46,305 bases of DNA, from contig NW_014569499.1 of NCBI RefSeq assembly GCF_000743755.1, positions 1-46,305 on the forward strand. The letters run 5' to 3'. The DNA is from Blastocystis sp. subtype 4 (taxonomy: Eukaryota). Positions 22,744 to 35,658 of the stretch are shown piece after piece. The position numbers and the translations under genes are program-made. Below the pieces are notes generated by a model, which saw only the letters and a program-made list of their open reading frames with translations, was not told the origin of the DNA and made no database searches. The number at the start of each line of letters is the position of its first letter. The stretch's first letter is position 1.

Positions 22744-25700
22744 ATGTTATCTGCGATATGTCCGGAGTTTCTCTATGATTGTAAGTTTACGACGCAGTAT
22801 AAGCTACATCAAGAAAAGGATGGAAATAAACAACTAATTGTGTGTGTATTTCAAGTTCACTTGTGATGTCATAGGGTTATCACTCAGCGCTTTCCAAATG
22901 TGGATTTTCTATGTATTGAATTTGACTATGAAGTGATTCTCTATTCTACTACCCTAAAGAAAGACGAGATTCACTCAAGGACAAATGGGAAAAAACTGTT
23001 CTCCTCACTGGATAATAAGTTACGTATGGGAATTCCTATTCCTCGATCTGCAATAAAAGGAAAGAGCTGGTGTAAAGTATTGCTCACAGGTTCAAGGTGG
23101 ATTATCTTTTCGGTACCTTATCTTTAGACGGATTCCATATGAATGGCAGTTGTCCAGATCATCTAGTAGCCTTCCTATTGGTATATTCAATGCTGGTGCG
23201 ACCTGCTATCTCAATTCGCTGATCCAGGCATTCTTTTTCATTCCTAGTTTCCGAGAACTAATTCGAGATATTGATCTGAGTAACTACTTTCCAAAAGAAA
23301 CAGAAACTGATGCACTGACTCGAATTCAATTTATCTTACGGTCATCAACCCTTGCATTACAAAAAGTGTTTTATCTGTTAGAGCACTCTCAAGTTTCTGT
23401 CAATTTGAATCCATTGTTAACCTCATTTGGATGGAACCTATCAGATATCAATCAACAAGTGATGCTGGAATTGAAGTATGATTCGTAGCGAGATATTCAT
23501 GAAATGATGATTCTACTCCTTGACAAATTGACCAAGGAATGGAGACAACTGAATCATATCTCTGCAGAATCCAACACACTCAGTCCTTATGGTGAGATTC
23601 TCGTGGATTTTTCATTCTCAGATCGTTTGTTTTGTGGTTGTCTTTCCTCTGTAATGAAGAGTACTTGCAGTTCCTTTCAATGTGAGCGTAAGGAACCTTT
23701 TCATGTTCTTTCTGTTGTAAGTTTTCATTTTCTCTCTCATGTTGAGGAAGTCTTGAATCACGCGACGCTAGAAGAGTCCTTGAAGTCCTTCACATGTGTA
23801 GAAGAAATGACTGGAACCAATCAGATTGTGACGCTCAACAACCAGAAGGAAGATGGAACGCTCCAAACTCGAATTCATCAGTTGCCTCCTATCTTGTTCA
23901 TCCAATTGAAACGATTTACTTATTCTCCTTCAGCTCAAAGTGTGCAGAAATTGAATAGTTTCTTTTCATTTCCATTAGAGATGGACATGGGGCCTTTTAC
24001 TGACAACAATCATTCTGAGAATGTGTATTGTCTCCAGAGTGTATTCATTCACGGAGGAACTCTTAGTGCTGGACATTATTACAGTTATGTTTGCACACAG
24101 CGTAACGGTGTAACTCCCGTGCAATGGTGCATGGTAAATGATGTAAGAGTTGAAGAAGTATCGATTCAAGAAGTACTCGAACGATCCTTTGGAAAGAAAG
24201 AGGAAGTCACTCTGAAGAGAACGCGGAGGGAAGCTGAGAGGGATGACTTGTATGTTCACAGTTCAAGTGATCCTGAAGAGAAATTTTTATCCGGGAAATC
24301 TCGATTACGATTGGATGGAGGTCGAGATGAATTCATTTTGGATGCTAGAACTACAAGTGCGTATGTTCTAGTTTATGTACAGAAAAGTTCTCTTGAAGAT
24401 GAATCATTTTCAGTCAAGCAAAACTCTTCATTCATTCGCAAGCTTCTCTTGATGGATATGGAATCTCGAGTACGTGACTATTTTGTATCTCAAGCCATTC
24501 AACTCGACATCAATTCTCTCTCTCTCCTCAATCTGGGGACTCATCAAACACAGCGGGTATGGAAAGAACAACCTCTCAAAGAAAAACGTCTACAGGATTG
24601 TGGACAAATATTGGGAATTCCTGTGCGTCAGCAGGACTGGTGGTTAATGGAACGTCACTCAGAGACAGGTCGTTGGCACGTCACCCGACGTGTGGTCAAG
24701 CGAGAATTACAAGATAGTAGTATTGAGATGGTTGAAAAACATGGATCACAAAAAGGAGGTCGAGCCTTTCTCACTCTCTACTGTCGAAGTTTTAAGAATC
24801 CTGATTTTACTGTGGGGAGACTTCATAAAACACAAGAAGAATGTTTGGTCTTTTTGCAACATGAGATTCGTGGCAGACGCCAGTGGCAAGATGTTCTTGT
24901 GGATCAAGACCTGAAGTTGCATGTGTTTTTATCTCATGTTGCACAACTTGTTGGAAGTGTAAATATAAGGAGAAATAATGAAGTTTAGTCACCGCGAAAT
25001 CTGGAGGTATATTTAGTAAATGAAGAAGAAGGAGATAATCTCATACGATTACCAGCAGATGATCGATTAATGACAATTAAAGAGTTTGGTATTACTGTAC
25101 ATCTAATCATGAAATCTAATGAATAGTGTGGAGCACACTTCTATCTTGCTTTGAATCCAATCCAAATAATTACCCCAATTTTTGCTTCTCCAAAACTTCT
25201 GAAGATTTTTTGTATTCCTCTGATGAAGTACTTGTCCATATACAAACCTCACATCATATCACTACATGGAGAGGCAACTGTGAGGCAACTTCAGGAAGCA
25301 TTAATGGAACAGTTACAAACAGGAACAGTTCCACCATTTCCTAAGAAACAAGACTTCTCGTATGTGTCTCATGTACCTCACAAACCCTTGGATATTCGAC
25401 TGTTCCGTTTTACAGGAAGAGGACACTACGAAGAAGCCTCAGAATGGATACATGAAATGAATCATTTAATGAATCACAAGAAATGGCGGGAAGAATGGAT
25501 TCTTTGGCGAGTGATTCATAGTCTTGGTACAAGACGATTTGATCTCCAATGTGGAAATGAGTTAAGTGAGAATGAGTTACTTCGAAATGCGCTCCAATTT
25601 GGACCTGTTGGTATTAATGATTTGCGAGAAGGAGAACTATTTGTATATTATGATGTGTGTGAGAATCTTCTTGATACTTATGAACAACTATATGTGAATG

Positions 25701-26315
25701 TTATAAAAGATGATGAGTATCAAGAGATAACTGTACAAGTGGATAGTCACTGTACATGTGAATCTGTTCTTGCTGCTGTAGATGAGATACCTCAGTATCA
25801 TGGATATGAGAAGTATTGTTTTTGTATGGAACACAGTTTGCTAGCAGTGGAAGAAGAACCATCACATATTGTTCGTTATGGAGTGAAGCATCAAACAGTC
25901 TCTCCGTTATGTGTTCAGTGTATTGAAAGGCATCCTATTAACAGCTTGAAGTGTTATGGATGTGTGATAAACCGATGGAAGAAAGATGGAAGACCTCGAT
26001 ATTCTAGTCAGAATATTCCTAGAATATTCTTTATTGGTGATAATGATACATATGAGTGGATTCAAGAATATTTGACATCTGTATTTCATCTGGAGGGAGA
26101 ACGGACGATTTTGATGTATCTCAATTGTTATACTCGACCTTTTGCCCCACGACGTGAGTGGGTTGTTATTGATTCAATGAAAGAGAAGATTTGTGATGAT
26201 CCCGTAGAAGGATTGTATGATGTAGACCAAAACGAATGGCTTCATTCTCCAGTGTTTTGCTTGTATCGACCCGATTATGAACAGGGTGAAAATTGGATAA
26301 CTCCTTTACGTATTT
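22744..26315 (+). CDS. Ubiquitin C-terminal hydrolase, USP7/Ubp15-like (start uncertain; stop probably poly(A)-completed at T26315, genomic TGA at 26327-26329)
   Basis: Cys box GIFNAGATCYLNSLIQ, LLTSFGW, QLKRF, His box HGGTLSAGHYYSY, SAYVLVY. Confidence 0.85.
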
Positions 26316-26369
26316 CTTCTGTTTCTTGATCTATCAAATCACATTTCCATATTACTCCAACTGATAAAT

Positions 26370-26377
26370 AACAAACA
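26370..26377 (-). terminator. GU-rich element of TRAPPC8
   Basis: Perfect TGTTTGTT on -, 4 nt after an in-frame T. Confidence 0.8.
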
Positions 26378-26381
26378 TGAA

Positions 26382-29300
26382 AGGAAAGAAGTTTCATTAT
26401 ATAGCCTTGATGACCTTCAATACTCCACAGTATATCTACAAACCGATGATCTTTACCAGCCAAGCGTGGCACTCGATCTATCACATCATTTGTTCTTCTT
26501 ATTCTTACTTAGACGATTCATTCGCAGCTCCAGAGGATTGAAATGTTGAATGAAATCTCCATAAGCCGTATAACGTGGCTCATTCAGTACATACACAGAT
26601 GTACTGTCTTGTTCTCGTGGAACTGCACTGATCTCTGCTACCATTGCATGCATCGTCCCAGGAACCACTGTAAGACGCTGAGGGAAAATCGGTCCCAAGT
26701 GGCAGTACGGACACGATGAGAACATCTACAAGACATGCTTGAATCTCTCTCTTACTACAACCTCTTCCAACTCCAGTTCTTCATCTAGATTCTCTGTCAC
26801 ACATCGATACCACGTCTGCTCTGGAGTTTCCACTAAACCACCTGAACAACGTACTAACCGACGAAGAGGAATCTGAAGACTTTCTCGAACCATTCTCCAG
26901 TTCTCTGATCCATCTCTCGCCAACAGTACAAATCGCAAGTCATATTCCCAATCCCCCTTATTCTCGTGAAGGAAGGATGCATCTTCACTCTCTGGGAGAT
27001 GCAGATAACTTGACACAGACTGAGACTCTCCTGGGTTCAGTGACACTGAGTTAGGTAATAATGAATACGATAGAATTGAATCTGTAGACTGGTCTGGAGT
27101 CACATGCTGATCGATAAACCAATGATAATTATCAGTGAAGAGCAAGATCTGTGATAATGGTTCATCCCCGCGGTTTTCGAGATGAATCACAATTGGCACT
27201 AATTCGGAGAAATAATGGAATTCTTGGATTCCTTCAAGTGTCACAGAAATAGCAATTGTTGCTGGTTCCACTTGGAGGGTCAGAGAAGGATCTTCCGAAT
27301 ACAAGCAGTTTTGTCGTTGTTCCAATGTGCGGTTTAATCGAACACCTTGTAGATGGAGTGGCTGTGAGATAGGAAACTGTTGTTCGCAAGCATTTGGGGC
27401 ATGAATGCGATAAGCAATATTTGTGAGATGCAGAAGCCCTGTTTTCTGAGGAGCAAGAATGAGTTGAATGGACCGTGATTCCAGAGCCTGTAATGAAACT
27501 GAAGTCTTTTCCACTTCTATAAACGATGAGTTCTCTTTTACCATCACAATCATGTCCTCACAGATCACAGATTCATTTAGAGGATTCTGGATCTCACACT
27601 CCAGACATAGCTTCTGATCTAGAGTCACTTCACTATTTCTCCTTCTAAGGCCGTTCTCAGACCATTGCTTCACATGACTGACATCAATCCGGCTACGGCT
27701 AATCGCACTTAGAATCATTCCGAAATGATCGTCTTGAACACGATCTTCACTCAAATAAGGCCAGTGAGAAATATCAGGATTCCCGCGGTTTTCTTGATAT
27801 CGAAGACGAATCGAATCTGGACGGATATAAGGGATACTTAGACCATCTAATGAGATAGGAATGGAAGTAGGGACCTTCGATAATACTTCAAAGAAACCTC
27901 GTTGAGCATCATCAACATCAAACACTCGATTTCTGGAATTATCAAAATAAGCCAGTTTTTGGATGTATTGAAGGGATTCCAAATCGATTGGTTCATCTTG
28001 AAGGAAGAGCAATTGAATCTCTTCTAGCAAATAACCGCGGATATGACCCCATTTTGAAGTCCCCAAAGCCAGTAAAGCCAGAAGATTGCACCACAGAGCA
28101 AAGTGCAACAATCCAAGCTTTTTCCACTTCACTCCAGCGAGAGTGAGAGAGAATACAGAACGCCGTTTTTGCTCGAAAAACTGGAGAATTCCAGTCCATG
28201 TTGCAAAGAGAGCTGAAGAGATATCCGAGTGAGTGCTATGAGTGACAAGAAGCGTGATCTGATCTGGATTTGAAAAAACCGTGGTTTTAGCAGCAATCTC
28301 TCGACATCCAAGAAGAAGAGGTTGAAGAGTGACAGCGAGATATGTATGATAAGATGTGATTGCAGATGTGTCTGCGAGAGAACACTTCACTGCTTGCTGA
28401 AGTAATGAAGCAATCTCTCGAACTCGAATTCCTCCTTGTTTTGGCTGAGAACCTACTAGAAAGAGTGCAATTGCTTGCATTGTGCAGACTTGAGCTAATT
28501 GGAAGGATGACTAGAGTCAAGACCACTTTTCAATCTCACGTTGTTCATTCGATAGTCTTCACTGATCATTTTGTAGTAATCAATAGCTGTTTCATAGTCC
28601 TATTTATTAGAGATAACGTAGATGAGTACTTTAAGGAGAAAAGCCATATCAGCCAGAAATCGAATCTTGAACTCAACTGTGTCGTGATTGTATATTGATA
28701 ATTCTTCTGATTCTTTGTTCAAGGTTAATATATTACCGCTACTACTGGAACGTAGCCAACCAAATAAAGCATTTGCAATTCCTCGACGATTTGTAATCAC
28801 TTCTTGTGTATAATACGAAATAAGTTTAGAGAGATTCTGTAAAATACCTCGACTAATTAAAGATTGAAATACTTCTGTCAATCCTTTCAGATCTTCATCA
28901 CTGAGTCGGAGACCAACTTGTTTGCTAGATTGTACAGATAAAATATGGCTTACGGAAGATATCGGCGAAATACAAGAGCAGGAGTGTCACGAGATTGCTC
29001 TGGAGATAATGAATTGATTTTGACAAGTTTGCATTGAGAAGCATTGAAAGTAGCTTTCATATTGCGATAAATGTCATCTGCATCCACATGAGAAGATACG
29101 TTGTGAAGCAAAAAATAATAGAAGGGAATGGACTTTGAATACATACCCTGTCTGAACTCCTTCTTGTTGAGGATTCGTTGAGACAATTCGTCAAATCGGC
29201 GAATTGGATCTGCATCTGTGCTCGAAACAACAAGAATAACACCCAGAGGATGATATAAACAGTCAGAGTCACCATATCGACAGCAATCGAACAAAGAAGA

Positions 29301-29716
29301 CAAATAGTCCAATAACCATGGTTGTACTATATCCATTTTGGCATTCTTCTTCCCAAGTTCAGTAATAATCTTATGAATGTCTTCTTTCGATGGTTCTTTC
29401 TCCGAAAGGCTTTCAAGTAGTTCCTCTTCGATTTCATCTGGATCCATATGATTAATGAAAGCTGAATACTCTAGATCCAGATGGATTTGTTCAATGGTTA
29501 CACTTCTACTTTCAAACTGTATTGTAAAGTTCACATCTTCTTTATGAGCAAAAGGTCTACAAGATGAAAATAGAAAAGAATAAAAAACCTCAATAGTTGG
29601 ATGACAGACATTCCAGCTTCTCTGCATGTCTGTTCAGCAGACTTTGACGACTCAATTGCAAGAATAGGTGAAAATGAATCACAGATCAACGACTGAAGAT
29701 CTGCATAAGAGAACAT
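26382..29716 (-). CDS. TRAPPC8: Trafficking protein particle complex subunit 8 (Trs85)
   Basis: N-terminal DSFSPILAI...LLRPF, HPLGVILVVSSTDADPI, CKLVKINS, RRGIANALFGW, IRFLADMAFL, EIQNPL, GVRLNRT; stop probably poly(A)-completed at 26382. Confidence 0.85.
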
Positions 29717-29961
29717 TCCAGATATTAGTAACAATCAACAGTGCAGAACTTCAGTTAATGGGAAGACGGTAAGCAAGAATTGAATGATGATTCATCCTTG
29801 ATTCATTTGGAATCCGTGGGTGTCTATTGTGAATGGTTTTCTATTGTATCGATTCGTCGGATTATATCCTGTACAGCGAAATCAAGATTAGGAGCACTTT
29901 TGGTATTTATAGACCGTATTTTAGTTATCAGTTAGGAACTAACAATAATTCGCTTTGTTTC

Positions 29962-32900
29962 ATGAGTCAAGTGTTGGCATCAGGAATTGATATGGGTAAC
30001 CTAGTTACTCTATCAGCTGTCTTCCAGACAAATGAAAGTGATCCTATGAAGTCTGTTCCTGTAAAAGTAGCAGATCGTAATGGAATGAAAGAGCCATCGT
30101 AGAAATGTGGTATCTCGGAGTTTACTCTTTTAGGTCTGAAATCTACTTTGATAACGGAAACCGTTTAACAGGAACAGCGGCCAAAGTCTTGGTAGGCTTT
30201 ATTTTGTGAATTCAAAGAAACAGAGTGATCGTAATCCTAATGCCTGTATCAAATTTGTGAAGTCTTCAATCAAACGTCCATTTGAAGATATCAGTGATCA
30301 AATAAAGAAGGTTGTGACTTCTCTTTCTGCGGATGAGAATGGGGAAGCTCAGTATGTAATCTCGATTGACGGGAAGAATACAGCTTTTTGGCCTTCTCAC
30401 ATGGCGGGTATATATATCTCCGATCGAATTGCGGATATTAAGAAGGAACGTAAAGTTGATAATTTGTGTCTTGTTTTATCGGTATTATCATTATGATATT
30501 ATTATTATAGGTACCCAACTATTTCACAGATGAACAAGTGGATGATTTCCAAGCCGGTCTTTGTGTTGCCCAAGTTGATAATTACATTCTTATCAGAGAA
30601 GTGGATTCTATGGCTGTTGATTATTGCTACTATAAGAGTCTTTATCATGAATTTGATGATCATCCAATTGTAGTTCTTTTCATTGGTGTTGGTTTTGGAG
30701 AATCTCAGGCATATGCTATTGAGTTTACGAAGGATTCATATAATATATTAAGCTATGCTCACACCAATAAAGTGTGTTCGAGTATGGTGGATGCTCTAAT
30801 GTATGAAGTCTTCTATGAAGCATACGATGAAAATCGTGATGAAGATGATGATCCTGATATTCGAGAGAATTCTGTTCTTACAGCTAAACTTTTAAACACG
30901 ATTATCACCACCAAACATCAAATGTCTGATCCATGTACTCTCCATTTGTCTTTCGTTATTTGTAGCATTAGAATCGATTGAAGTGATGATTCCAGATTAC
31001 AATGATTGCGGTGATGACTTCTATATGGAAATTTCAACCAGTTTATTACGTGAGAAGATTGAAGAGAGCGGTATGGTAAATCATTTGAAACAGATGGTAA
31101 CAGAATGCATTGAAGGAATGCATGGAGTTGTACCAGAACGATTAGAAATTATGGATAATGGAGTTCTTACTAGTGCTTTCAGTGAATGTGTGAATGAAAC
31201 TTGTTCTGAACATGGAATTCAGATATCCTAAAATATCGTTGATTTTTGTCACTTAATTATACTTGAAATTAGATTCATCTCACATCACATCAGAATGTAT
31301 TGTGAATGGTAATACAAAGTATGCATTTTATGCTTCACACTTTGGAGATCCTCTCTATCAGCAAGTGATCTCACCATTGTGTGGATCCGTAAAGCCAGTG
31401 ACTGTTTGTACTCCTTCTGTGACTGCTCCAGGGTTAATTTCAATGAACCATCTTGTTGAATGTAGGCGATAAGTTCATGATTGATTCTAGTTTCTGAGGA
31501 TGCTCAAGCAAGAATTGATAGTGCACGAGGAGTGGAAGGTCAATCAAGAAAACGTCAGCAACAAGCAAAGCGTCACAAAGAACTATTGAATCAGTTCCAA
31601 GAGTTTGTTCAGGATACAAAGCACCGTATTGAAGATACCAGCATTGATATTAGTACGAATATGTTTGCCTTGAATGAGCCATGCCTGCAAGACCTTATCT
31701 GTAAGTGGCAACGATGGTTTCAAGAAAGTGATCAACATGATGTGGAAGAGCTGGAGAATAAGCTGAAAGAGATTAAGGAGGAAAGAGATCGAGTTCAGAA
31801 AGAATTTGCTGAGACGTATCGTAAACAATGTGAAGAAGAAGAAGAAGCAAATCGAATAAGAGAAGAAGAAGCGAAGAGAAAAGCAGAGATAGAATGGCAA
31901 CGACTTATAGAAGAGGAGAAGCTTCAGGAACTAAGATCAATTGAGTTATGGAAAAGCATCTTTGAGAAGAGTCATGATCTGTCAAAGTGGGTGTCAGCTA
32001 GTGATCAAATAATTCTGTCGTCTCCTCCTAAGTTTGTGATTGATATGAGACTAACAGATAGTTTTGCTGATCCTCGGTTCAAAGTGGATACGCTTCCTCT
32101 CTTTCTTCAGAGTATCCTAAGGTCATCTCTCATAAGATTTTCAAATGCTCGAGAGATGGGTCGATATAATGAGTTTGATAGGAATCGCAATTATTTTCAA
32201 GATTTCTATCGAGATGCTGGTGGCTATCAGTATGGAGGTCAGTCATATGGTGGTCAACCATATGATGATTGGTTATATGAGAACCAGCCATATGGTGGTC
32301 AGCTACTTCGAAGTAGGATCTATAGAGATGATTATTATTAGATGGTCGTTCTAATTTCAGATGTAGGAATCCTTTCTGTGTTCCTGTACATATGGATCCA
32401 ATCCCAGCTCCAATCTCATCATTTACATCAGTTGAAGAGAATGGAATTGTGGAATTGTCCCCTGATAGAGTATACAAAGGTTCCTTGATTCATGGGGTAC
32501 CAAATGGAGAAGGAATAGTGATCGATCCTTGTGTAAATGAAGTGATTTATGATGGAATGTGGCAGGATGGACTGTATCATGGAATGGGTACATTATATGT
32601 TCAAGGTGAACAAGTGGCTCATGGAGAGTTTGTACGAGGAGTATTTGTGAAAGGAAGTCGATTGTTTAAGGATGGATCATCATTCATTGGTGAGTTCCAG
32701 AATAACCTTCCAAATGGCTCTGGACGTCTTATTCTTCCTTCTGGTATCATTGTTGAAGGACTGTGGAAGCAATTCAAACCGATGGGTGAAATGGTCTATC
32801 ATTTTCCGGGATATGAACCAATTCAATATAATATGGAGAAGGCGGATGATATTACTAGATGGTCGATCGAATTCCGTGATTCGGCAATTATCTTTCTTGA

Positions 32901-33132
32901 CACTCATTTTGCAACTGGTGATATTTCGTTTATTTTTTATTTTAATGGTGATGTATTCATTGGAACAACGAAACAACGAATTCTTCCTTTAAACGGTGAT
33001 TTCTATCAGTATTGTGGAAATCGCTATTTGAAAATGAAGTACGGAGAAAATTCATTTGATGTGGGTATAAAGGGTATTGAGTTGAGATCTTCGTCTGCTT
33101 TCCGTTATAAGTGTATCCACTTTATAATGTAA
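29962..33132 (+). CDS. Divergent Hsp110/Hsp70-like protein fused to C-terminal MORN repeats (multi-exon, one AT-AC intron)
   Basis: GIDMGN start, SVPNYF, IGVGFGESQ, ECIVNG; Hsp110-lid-like helices; 29-nt intron 32313-32341 joins it in frame to MORN ORF 32392-33132 (YKGSLIHGVPNGEG, YDGMWQDGLYHGMG, FIGEFQNNLPNGSG). Confidence 0.72.
31223..31262 (+). other. U12-type (AT-AC) intron, 40 nt
   Basis: Begins ATATCCT, contains TCACTTAAT branch-like motif, ends AC; removal joins HGIQ to LKLDSS in frame and removes a TAA. Confidence 0.8.
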
Positions 33133-33262
33133 TAGTTACATCCTTCTGTTTCTTGAAATAATCTTTTTTACAGAACTCACATGTCTTTCAAACATGTGTC
33201 CAACTATATCCCTTCTCCTGTGATGATGATTATATCATTATCCATTATTTGATACTGTGCTT

Positions 33263-35654
33263 ATGGCTGATTACCCACCTTTTCTCCGTAATCATGTTGT
33301 CATTCCTTCAAGATAGCGACAATAAGTAGCCTCCATGACGAGGTAAAACGAATCCAAACCCGTCCTCTCACGAAAGAAGAGATTGACTCTCTTGTTACCA
33401 ATCATAATACAAGTTGATATAAATAAATGCATTTCATCTCTAGGCACAGATCAAACTTGGAATAATGTTCGTGTGATGACGAATGAGAATGCTTCTATCG
33501 ATTGTGAATGTATTCGTGGTTGCCTCTTTATGGACTCTGTAATCATCTCGAGACAGAATGGCTTCTGCTCTTGTCCTAGTAATATCACAATGCCTTGTGG
33601 TATCGTGAATACCGTTCTAAAGAATGTGACTATCTACCCTAACTGTTGCATTTTCCAGAATACACTCCTTGAGAATTCAGTTGTTCTTAGTGGAAGTATT
33701 GTAATGGGATGTGGTCGAATCAGTTGTCAGAGTAGGAAACGATTGCATAGTGTGAGATAGATGGAACAATGTATGGAAATGGGACAGTTTCCAATATGGG
33801 AAATGAGACTGGTGGTATACAGATCACTCTTGTTGCTGATTTGAAGTATAACGATCTGAAAGGTGTCGTTCAATCTGGACAATATGAATATCCAGCCCTG
33901 AATGATTATTTGTATGATTCGTTAAAGCTCTTGACTATCTAGGAAAGCAGTTCGTGGGAATGTTAACTTCATTGGACCGAACTCACTCATTGAAAACTGT
34001 CCTCTTCTCCACTCAGTGTTCATTGGAAGTCATGCACACATCTTGAATAGTACACTTCAAAACTGTTGTGTATTGAGTTGTGAGAAAATCCAATCCAAGT
34101 AGGAGTAATGAATGGTGATTAGGATTAGAGTTTGGAATGGAAATGTTGAAAACTCAATTCTTCAATGGGGATGTTCATTTGAATCTGGTTCTAATTGTTC
34201 TGATAGTATGTTGTGTGAACACACGGATACTAGCTGCAATGCGAAGATTGTGAATAGTATTATTGCTCCTAATACTGGAGTTTCCTCAGGAGAATGCAAT
34301 TCATCACTTGTTGGACCATTCATCGGATTCCATCACAACAGTGTTTTGATTAGTTGTAGACGTTTTAGAGGTGAATTAATTATAGCTCTGTGGTATGAAG
34401 GAAAGGGAAATATTGGATATGGAGCAAATATTGGGAGCAATCATACAGGAAGACTACCTGACCAAGAAAGTATCCCAGGCGAAGGTGTCTTCTTTGGTCT
34501 TGGTTGTAACATCAAATATCCTTGCAATCTTCTTCACTCACCGTATTCTATCGTGGCTTCTGGAGTAACAATGCTTCCTGAGGTGCATACATTGTTTTCA
34601 CTTCATTTATAGAGAGTTGATATGCCGTTTTCACTCATCAACAAACCAACACACAATCATGAGTCCATTTCACCTGCTTTTAACATATCCTTTCTGATTG
34701 TAACAGAGTTATCCTTGATGGAACGAGATCTTCCCAGCTTGGGTTCTCTACAGTAATTACTACATGATTATCCGTAATGAGGATAAGTTCTTAACTCGTA
34801 ATAAGAGCAAACGAAATACGATTGAGAACTTGATTCTCAGACCCGATATCGTTGCAATGATTGCTCATGCACGGGCAGTTCTCTCATTCAGCCCACAAGC
34901 AACAGAATTTATTGACTTGGTGACCATGAAACGCGTATCGGAACAGTGCTCCACAACCATGGGAGTTGGAATTGAAGAGACACAGAAAGTGTTCGAAGAT
35001 ACAAAAGTGTTTTTGGAACAGGATGTAAGGTATTCTAATCGTATCTTATGTAGATTGATGGGATTGGTAAGAATCTTCTGACAGAACCTAGTAGACGAAC
35101 TGGAGTTAACACCTATTCCTTCTTTATTCGTCTCTATCTTTTGCGTGTATGGGGTTAATACTTTCATTAACTGATAGAGACTCTTCCAGTTACTCCAAGA
35201 AACCTATGAGAATACTGAGGATTATTCCATATTACGATTGACAATGCAGGAACAGTGGGAAGGATTACAACTGTTGTCACTTGTGATATTCATTGATTGT
35301 CTAGCTTACTCCAAAACGAGTTTAAGAGACTGATTTTATCTGATTTAATCACAGAATATAGTTCAATGGAAAATATGATATTGCAGTATGCAGTTGACAG
35401 TAAAACGAAGGATTTCACTCGTGGACATCATATTGATCCTGTAATTTCACGAATAAACAAATAAGAGATAGAGTTATGGTACAACACACCATTTCGATAA
35501 GGACATGGCTGTTATCGAAAAGAGAAAGAAGTGGGATTTGATTATTCCAACCTTATTTATAGGTTCATTAGCACCAAGATCGAAGCATTTACGAATCTGA
35601 CAAATCAGCTGATGACATTCAATGACGATTGTGACCTTTGTCAAATGAAGGCGT
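33263..35654 (+). CDS. DUF4954-like left-handed beta-helix protein (many exons; stop probably poly(A)-completed at T35654)
   Basis: RPLTKEEIDSLVTNHN, GNIGYGANIGSNHTGRLPDQESIPGEGVFFGLG, MPFSLINKP, SKTKDFTRG; family call from recalled motif similarity. Confidence 0.72.
34685..34724 (+). other. U12-type (AT-AC) intron, 40 nt
   Basis: Perfect ATATCCTTT 5' site, TCCTTGAT branch site, terminal AC; removal gives SPAFN|EIFPAWVLYSNYYMIIRN in frame. Confidence 0.92.
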
Positions 35655-35658
35655 TTCG

